From the NCBI GenBank assembly GCA_039818205.1, contig JBCBUK010000002.1, positions 384,001-448,000 on the forward strand: a stretch of DNA of 64,000 bases, written 5' to 3'. Origin of the DNA: Verrucomicrobiota bacterium. Lineage in GTDB: Bacteria > Verrucomicrobiota > Verrucomicrobiia > Opitutales > Cerasicoccaceae. Position 1 is the first letter of the stretch. Every line of letters starts with the position of its first letter. Below, piece by piece: positions 58,279-64,000 of the stretch. The position numbers and the translations under genes are program-made. Under the pieces are notes generated by a model. It searched no databases. It worked only from the letters and a program-made list of their open reading frames with translations, and had not been told where the DNA came from.

Positions 58279-59403
58279 ATGCAGAATTCTGAAACACCGA
58301 CGGTAATCCATTTTGCGGGCTCTAGTTTGGATGTCGGGGGCTTGTTGTCTTATATCCGCTCGATGGCCAAGCACAATGGCGTGCACAATGTTTTGGTGGT
58401 TCAGAAAGGGTTCAAACAAACGCGGTTGCCATTCATGAAGCTTCTGGAATTGCCGGAGGGCGACTACAGTTCCTTGGTGTCGCCTGGGGCTTGCTGGGAT
58501 AGTTTTAAGCAGGTATTCTGGCTTCGGCGAAAGCTGGGGCGCGATTCGAATCTAATTTTTCATGCGCATTCCCGTGGTGGTGTGTTGATCGCAATTATCT
58601 TGGTATCGCTTGGCTACCGCAATGTGGTCGCTACGATTCACCATAATGGCAATCACCGTTGGTTTTACCATTTGGCTCATCGAGCGCTAAAGCGACGGAT
58701 GATCTTCCTTTGTCCTGCGATGAAACGCTATTATGGGCTCGAGGGGAGGAGTTGGCGTGATTGCATACCGGGTAGTGTCACGCCCTATTTGCGGCGACCG
58801 GGCCGAACGAAGCCGCCTTTCTTTGGCCCCCAAAGCGAACGGCTGCTCACCCTTGGAGGCTGTGGCATTGTGGTCGAGTGGAAGCGCTGGGAAATTATTC
58901 TGGAGGCCCTTGGGCAAATTAAGCCTGAGCTACGCCGCCGCATCCGATTTGTCCATGTGGGTGATCCGCTCGACGAGGCGATCTCCCAAGACTATGCCGA
59001 GAAGCTTCGGGACAAGGTCCAACAGTACGGTCTTGAAAATCAGGTTGAGTGGCGGGGGCACCAGGACGATTTGAACGAGTTTTTCTCGGAGGTCGATTTA
59101 TTGATTCACCCAGCGGAGGCTGAGCCCTTTGGGCTTGCGGTCCTTGAGGCGCTATTTGCTGGCGTGCCTGCAATTACGAGCTCAAGTGTCGGTGCCGCTG
59201 ATCTCTTCGACTCTCCAGCCAACGGTCTCACCTTCCCGACCAACGATTTCAAAGCATTGGGTAATTTGATTGAGAAACTGATGGCTGGGTCGCAGACGTT
59301 TCCGTCCGTTGATCGGGCGAGCTTGCGCCCGTTGGAGCCCGAGTTCCTGGGAGCCCGCTGGGCGGAGGTTTATAGTCGACTTGAGGGAGAGCCCACCGGC
59401 TAG
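58279..59403 (+). CDS. Glycosyltransferase family 4
   Basis: GG N-terminal loop, HAH, WK, EPFGLAVLEAL..GVP. Confidence 0.9.
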   Translation: MQNSETPTVIHFAGSSLDVGGLLSYIRSMAKHNGVHNVLVVQKGFKQTRLPFMKLLELPEGDYSSLVSPGACWDSFKQVFWLRRKLGRDSNLIFHAHSRGGVLIAIILVSLGYRNVVATIHHNGNHRWFYHLAHRALKRRMIFLCPAMKRYYGLEGRSWRDCIPGSVTPYLRRPGRTKPPFFGPQSERLLTLGGCGIVVEWKRWEIILEALGQIKPELRRRIRFVHVGDPLDEAISQDYAEKLRDKVQQYGLENQVEWRGHQDDLNEFFSEVDLLIHPAEAEPFGLAVLEALFAGVPAITSSSVGAADLFDSPANGLTFPTNDFKALGNLIEKLMAGSQTFPSVDRASLRPLEPEFLGARWAEVYSRLEGEPTG

Positions 59404-59462
59404 TTATCTGGGGGTCCGTTTAGCGGTCCGAGTGGTTGGTTGAACTGAGATCTCCGTGCACG

Positions 59463-59918
59463 CTACCGCTTAAAGGGGGCGGTTACCGCGATGCGCAGTG
59501 CGTAGGTCAACAGGCCAATGGGCCCGAATAGCCAGCAAAGGATGAGTTCGACCGGAATGAGTATTTTACGCTTGTTCGCGTCGATAAATAGGCTTTCGCC
59601 AAGGAAAAGGTTCAGTGTTTGGATCTTCAACCATAGGATTAGCAAAACAATAGGGTGGGTCGCAACGGCGGCCTGATCGCTGTAGTTGATGCCTGTGGGG
59701 GCATCCGGGATTCCGAGGTCCCACAGTTGCCAATACAAATACAAAACGCCAATCGTCATCACGACTGGGGCCAGTAGTGGTGAGCAGAGTTTGCGGGTGA
59801 ATGGCTTCCTTGGGAAAACAATCATCATCAGCCAGAAGGGGAGACCCGCCAAGGTGATGATCCAGAACAACTGGGTAAGGGCTTCGCTTGCAAACCATTC
59901 GATTATCCAACCGGGCAT
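59463..59918 (-). CDS. ABA4-like (DUF4281) membrane protein
   Basis: LPFWLMMI.FP..TR, W....LNLFLG, L.W.FGPIGLL.Y. Confidence 0.75.
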   Translation of the reverse strand: MPGWIIEWFASEALTQLFWIITLAGLPFWLMMIVFPRKPFTRKLCSPLLAPVVMTIGVLYLYWQLWDLGIPDAPTGINYSDQAAVATHPIVLLILWLKIQTLNLFLGESLFIDANKRKILIPVELILCWLFGPIGLLTYALRIAVTAPFKR

Positions 59919-59954
59919 GGTCCGACCAATAGGGGATGACGGACGGGCGTCACC

Positions 59955-60032
59955 AAAAAACTTCCCCGCCCGGTCTCCACCGGGCGGGGATCTCTCATCT
60001 ACCCCCTAAATCGGGAACTCCGGTTCCCGATT
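59955..60032 (-). terminator. Tandem hairpins/terminator after the redoxin gene
   Basis: AATCGGGAAC-tccg-GTTCCCGATT (60009-60032) and TCCCCGCCCGGT-ctcc-ACCGGGCGGGGA, with a nearby T6 tract on the minus strand. Confidence 0.75.
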
Positions 60033-60040
60033 AGAAATTG

Positions 60041-60652
60041 TTAGTTGTATTTGATCCCGCAGCCGTATGCTCGCGTCTTTGGGGTTGCGACTGCTTCGCC
60101 GGACATGCCCTTAGCTAAGGCTAGGTCGACGTAATTGTCTGCCGATGCGATGTCTCTAGCGCTGGCGCTGCTTTTGCTATCGATTGCCCCCATGTATACG
60201 ATTTTGCCGGCGGGGTTGATCACGACCATAGTCGGCGTTGCGCGGGCACCGTAGTCCTTGCCAACGGTTCCTTGGCTATCGATGAGATACGCTGTTCCCG
60301 ACCATCCTTTCTTACTATTAAGTTTAAGGATTTCTTCGGGTGAATAGAATCCTTGGGCCCCGGGAGCTGATGATCCAATCGACAACCAAGCGACGTTCTG
60401 CGCAGTCCACTTCATTTGGAGCTCTGCCATCTTGTCGGACTTGTCGTAAAACTTTTTTACAAACGGGCAGTCATAATTGACCCACTCTAAGACGACCCAT
60501 TGATCAGCGAAGTCGCTGAGTGAAACCGTTTCCCCGGCTGCAGACTTGAGGGAAAAATCTGGTGCTGACTGGCCAACGTCTACCTTTGCCTGAGCAGTGG
60601 CGACGACCAGGAATGATAACGCAATAGCGGTGATTTTCGATGCATGGCGCAT
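60041..60652 (-). CDS. Secreted redoxin/AhpC-TSA thioredoxin-fold protein
   Basis: Signal peptide; APDFSL, VVLEW.N.DCPFV, YGA.ATP, Y.GAID, YGC.IKY. Confidence 0.9.
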   Translation of the reverse strand: MRHASKITAIALSFLVVATAQAKVDVGQSAPDFSLKSAAGETVSLSDFADQWVVLEWVNYDCPFVKKFYDKSDKMAELQMKWTAQNVAWLSIGSSAPGAQGFYSPEEILKLNSKKGWSGTAYLIDSQGTVGKDYGARATPTMVVINPAGKIVYMGAIDSKSSASARDIASADNYVDLALAKGMSGEAVATPKTRAYGCGIKYN

Positions 60653-60773
60653 GGTTTTATTGGGTTGGAGTTCTGACCTGTGAATGAACAGAAGGTTCAC
60701 TTTAATTTTAGCTTCGCAGCCGAAAAACGTCAAATTACTTGCGCCGATTCACGATGAGGTCAAATTGGGCGAT

Positions 60774-61556
60774 ATGAAGGAAGACCTGTTATGGTTGGAT
60801 TTGAAGAAAGAGGCGGAGAACGTCGCCCGGCGTGAGCCTGCGTTGGCAGGGCTGATGCATGAGGTCATCCTCGAGCGCCACTCGCTGGAGGAGGCTCTTA
60901 GCGTGCGCTTGTCTCGTAAGCTGGCCTATCATGCGACGCCAGAGGGATATCTCAAAGAAGTGTTCCTCGAATCATTTCATCAGGATCCGTGCATCGGTGC
61001 TCAAGTGCGCAATGATATAGCTGCGGTTAACGAGCGGGACCCTGCTTGCCCGCATGCCCTGTGCCCGGTGCTTTACTTCAAGGGCTTTCAAGCGCTCACC
61101 TGCTATCGCATTGCGCACCACCTTTACGCGAACGAACGGACTGATCTGGCGCTCTATTTGCAAAGCCTTATCAGCGAGGTGTTTGCTGTGGATATCCATC
61201 CGGCTGCGCGTATTGGGTCCGGTATTCTACTCGACCACGCGACGAGCTTTGTTGCCGGTGAGACGGCGTTGATCGAAGATGACGTCTCGATCCTGCACGA
61301 GGTTACCTTGGGTGGGACCGGCAAAGATAAGGGTGATCGTCACCCGAAGGTGCGCCACGGGGTGCTAATTGGTGCAGGGGCCAAGCTTTTGGGCAATATC
61401 GAGATCGGCGAGCGCGCAAAAATCGGTGCTGGATCCGTTGTGCTCACTGATGTTCCGCCGCATAGCACTGCCGTTGGGGTGCCCGCTCGGGTTGTTGGTG
61501 AGACCAGCGAAGAGTTACCCTGTCGCACGATGGACCACCGCATCCGGTGTGAGTAG
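60774..61556 (+). CDS. cysE: Serine O-acetyltransferase
   Basis: RDPAC, FKGFQAL..YR, DIHPAA, LDHAT, VTLGGTGK..GDRHPK, IGAGSVV, GVPARV. Confidence 0.96.
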   Translation: MKEDLLWLDLKKEAENVARREPALAGLMHEVILERHSLEEALSVRLSRKLAYHATPEGYLKEVFLESFHQDPCIGAQVRNDIAAVNERDPACPHALCPVLYFKGFQALTCYRIAHHLYANERTDLALYLQSLISEVFAVDIHPAARIGSGILLDHATSFVAGETALIEDDVSILHEVTLGGTGKDKGDRHPKVRHGVLIGAGAKLLGNIEIGERAKIGAGSVVLTDVPPHSTAVGVPARVVGETSEELPCRTMDHRIRCE

Positions 61557-61564
61557 CCGGTAGC

Positions 61565-62131
61565 TTACTCGGTCAGTTCGGCGTAGCGAAAACAATCCGT
61601 GGTATGGTCGTTGACCATGCCAACGGCTTGCATAAACGCATAGCAAATTGTCGATCCGACGAAGTTGAATCCGCGCTTCTTTAGGTCTTTGCTGATCTTA
61701 TCAGAGAGCGGCGTTTTGGCGGGGACTTGATCCATCGACTCCCACCGATTCACAATCTGCTTGCCGTCGACGTAACGCCAAAGGAAGTCGCTTAGCGATC
61801 CAAACTCCTCAATGATCTTCAGGGTGCCTCGAGCATTCTTGATTGTGGATTCGATCTTCAAACGGTTGCGGACGATTCCCTCGTTTGCCAACAGGCGATC
61901 GATGTCGCTCTGGTCGTAACGCGCAATCTTCTCGAAGTCGAAATCGTGGAGTGCCTTGCGGTAGTTCTCTCGTTTGCGCAGAATAGTAATCCAGCTCAGA
62001 CCTGCTTGGGCGCCCTCAAGGATGATGAACTCGAACAAGACACGATCGTCATGCACTGGCACTCCCCACTCCTTGTCATGGTATTCGACATAGAGTGGGT
62101 CGTTGCCGCACCATTCACAGCGTGTTTTCAT
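61565..62131 (-). CDS. tag: DNA-3-methyladenine glycosylase I
   Basis: RCEW, YHDKEWG, LEGAQAGLSW, IVRNRLKI, FVG.TI.YAFMQAVGMVNDH...C. Confidence 0.96.
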   Translation of the reverse strand: MKTRCEWCGNDPLYVEYHDKEWGVPVHDDRVLFEFIILEGAQAGLSWITILRKRENYRKALHDFDFEKIARYDQSDIDRLLANEGIVRNRLKIESTIKNARGTLKIIEEFGSLSDFLWRYVDGKQIVNRWESMDQVPAKTPLSDKISKDLKKRGFNFVGSTICYAFMQAVGMVNDHTTDCFRYAELTE

Positions 62132-64000
62132 TTAAATCAGTTCGGCAAGTTCGGTTGGGCTGTTAGTGGGTGCCTGGCATTGCTCTGCGACGCAAAGTTG
62201 TAGTCCATCCGGCTGTTCAGGCAAATCGGTGACTTGCAAAAATACCGGACGCCAAGGGCGCTCGGTGATGGCCCGTTGGAGTGCATCCAGGTCCGTGTCA
62301 CCCTTGATCTTGATGACGGCAACTCCTACTGCATTGTGGGTGAAGCCTGAAAGTGCGTGGGCCGCAGCGCTCGGTGCACGCTCAGCGATTCCGGTGTAGG
62401 CTGTGCGCAAACGGTTGATCTCATGCGCGTACTGATTGTCACCGGTTAGCGCGTAGAGTTTGCTGTAGACGTTGACCATGGCGGAGTTGCCGGCCGGCGT
62501 TGCGTTGTCAAACCAGCTCTTCTTGCGTGTAATAACGTCCTGCTGGTCGTCGGGTGTGAAAAAGAATCCTGGGAGATTCGGGTCACCCAACTTCTCCTGG
62601 ATGGTCGTAACGAGATCCGTTGCCCGCTGTTGGTATTTAGCGGCACTACGAGGCGAAATCCAATCTGCTTTGCTGGACAAAGTAAGTAGTGCTTCAGCAA
62701 ACCAGGCGTAGTCGTCGAGGCGACCATTGTATTGAGGCCCAACCCCATCGTAGTAGACCGAGCGGAGACGGACCAACTTGCTATCATCGGTGAAAGTGAA
62801 CGTTTCCCAAAGCCAATCGGCGACCTCGATGGCGCGCTGCATCCAGTCCTTATTGCCGAAGGCAAACGCGGCTTCTACGAGCCCGCGTAAGGCTAAGCTA
62901 TTCCAGGAAAGAAGGACCTTGGTGTCCAGTCCTGGTCGCACACGTTTTTCGCGGGCGGCTAGAACTTTGCGCCGCAAAGGCTCGAGTGATTGTCGCTTCT
63001 CAAAGCTGTCATAAACGAATGCGGGGTTGGTGGTGCCGTGCTCAAAATTTCCCTTTTGAGTGATGTTGTAGGCGTCGCAAAAGGTCTGGCCATCTTCTTT
63101 GCCGAGGATGGCGTGGATGTCTTCCGGTATCCAGACGTAGAACCGGCCCTCGACGCCTTCGCTGTCGGCATCGAGCGCTGCGCGCCATGCGCCATCTGGC
63201 GCGGCCATTTCGCGCTCGAGCCAAGCGACTGTTTCTTCCGCAACCGCTTTGTACATCGGGTCGCGGTAGCGCAACCATGCTTTGGCGTAGATATCCAAGA
63301 GCAGGGCGTTGTCGTAAAGCATTTTCTCGAAGTGAGGAATCAACCAGGCCTTGTCGACGCTGTAGCGGCAGAAGCCGCCGCCCACTTGGTCGAAGAGACC
63401 ACCGTGCGCCATGCCCTTGAGGGTTGTCTGAGCTACCCGGTCGATGCGGTTGGCCAAATTTTGCTTGGATTCGCAGGCGGCAGATCCCCGAACGGCCAAG
63501 AGGAAATCGAGCGTCATGGAGGGCGGAAATTTAGGAGCATCCCCGAAGCCGCCCCACTCATCATCGTGTTGTGAGCATATTCCTTCAGCAGCTGTGATCA
63601 GGTGTTGGCCTTCAACCGACTCGCCCGTGGCGCCAATTGGTTTATTACCTTCTGCCATGTTCTTCAGGATGTTTTCGGCGTTTTCTTCGAGCTCGTCCTG
63701 ATTCTTCTGGAAGTAGTCGGAAATTCGCATCAACAGTTGTGGCCATGGCACAATGCCTTGACCCCGATCTTCGGGTGGAAAATATGTCCCACCGAAAAAT
63801 GGACGCCCATCCGGGAGGCAGAAAACGTTGAGTGGCCAGCCTCCGCGCTGAGTGATCATTTGGACGGCCTCCATGTAGATCTGATCAATCTCCGGATGCT
63901 CCTCACGGTCGACCTTAACGCAGACGAAGTGCTGATTCATCAGCCGCGCTATGGATGCACTTTCAAAGGACTCATGCGCCATCACGTGGCACCAATGGCA
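62132..64000 (-). CDS. Thioredoxin domain-containing YyaL/SPATA20 (DUF255) protein, 5' end beyond the window
   Basis: The frame continues to the window edge as CHWCHVMAHESF; also KVDREE.P, GGWPL, APKFP, PHFEKMLYDNA, DADSEG.EG. Confidence 0.94.
   Translation of the reverse strand, partial: CHWCHVMAHESFESASIARLMNQHFVCVKVDREEHPEIDQIYMEAVQMITQRGGWPLNVFCLPDGRPFFGGTYFPPEDRGQGIVPWPQLLMRISDYFQKNQDELEENAENILKNMAEGNKPIGATGESVEGQHLITAAEGICSQHDDEWGGFGDAPKFPPSMTLDFLLAVRGSAACESKQNLANRIDRVAQTTLKGMAHGGLFDQVGGGFCRYSVDKAWLIPHFEKMLYDNALLLDIYAKAWLRYRDPMYKAVAEETVAWLEREMAAPDGAWRAALDADSEGVEGRFYVWIPEDIHAILGKEDGQTFCDAYNITQKGNFEHGTTNPAFVYDSFEKRQSLEPLRRKVLAAREKRVRPGLDTKVLLSWNSLALRGLVEAAFAFGNKDWMQRAIEVADWLWETFTFTDDSKLVRLRSVYYDGVGPQYNGRLDDYAWFAEALLTLSSKADWISPRSAAKYQQRATDLVTTIQEKLGDPNLPGFFFTPDDQQDVITRKKSWFDNATPAGNSAMVNVYSKLYALTGDNQYAHEINRLRTAYTGIAERAPSAAAHALSGFTHNAVGVAVIKIKGDTDLDALQRAITERPWRPVFLQVTDLPEQPDGLQLCVAEQCQAPTNSPTELAELI

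Overview
Mostly chromosomal housekeeping and metabolic DNA, about 50 CDS, with no rRNA, tRNA, CRISPR array, transposase, integrase or recognisable defence system. The PEP-CTERM gene, DUF1800/DUF1501 pair and 'WxxxDPxxA' helical-repeat protein suggest a PVC-superphylum bacterium, most likely Verrucomicrobiota/Opitutia (inference). Highlights: (1) A >=1638-codon secreted beta-helix repeat protein on the minus strand (4914 to <1) that is absent from the ORF track. (2) An 8-gene minus-strand sugar-acid run (23239 to 15315), next to xylA/xylR, with a repeated operator-like 16-mer shared with a LacI gene. It has UxaC, a UxuB-like SDR and a KdgK-like kinase but no dehydratase or aldolase; instead it has an L-type (Ldh_2) and a D-type 2-hydroxyacid dehydrogenase. 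This may be an undescribed dehydratase-free route from glucuronate to 6-phosphogluconate and is the best candidate for a new system, but it is a hypothesis. (3) A porin/FMN-binding/PepSY-TM/ApbE flavinylation operon with Fur-like boxes. (4) A DUF1800-DUF1501-GspG-like-ATP-grasp run. (5) Tandem PilT ATPases split by a VOC gene. All family assignments come from motif recognition by eye, not database searches.
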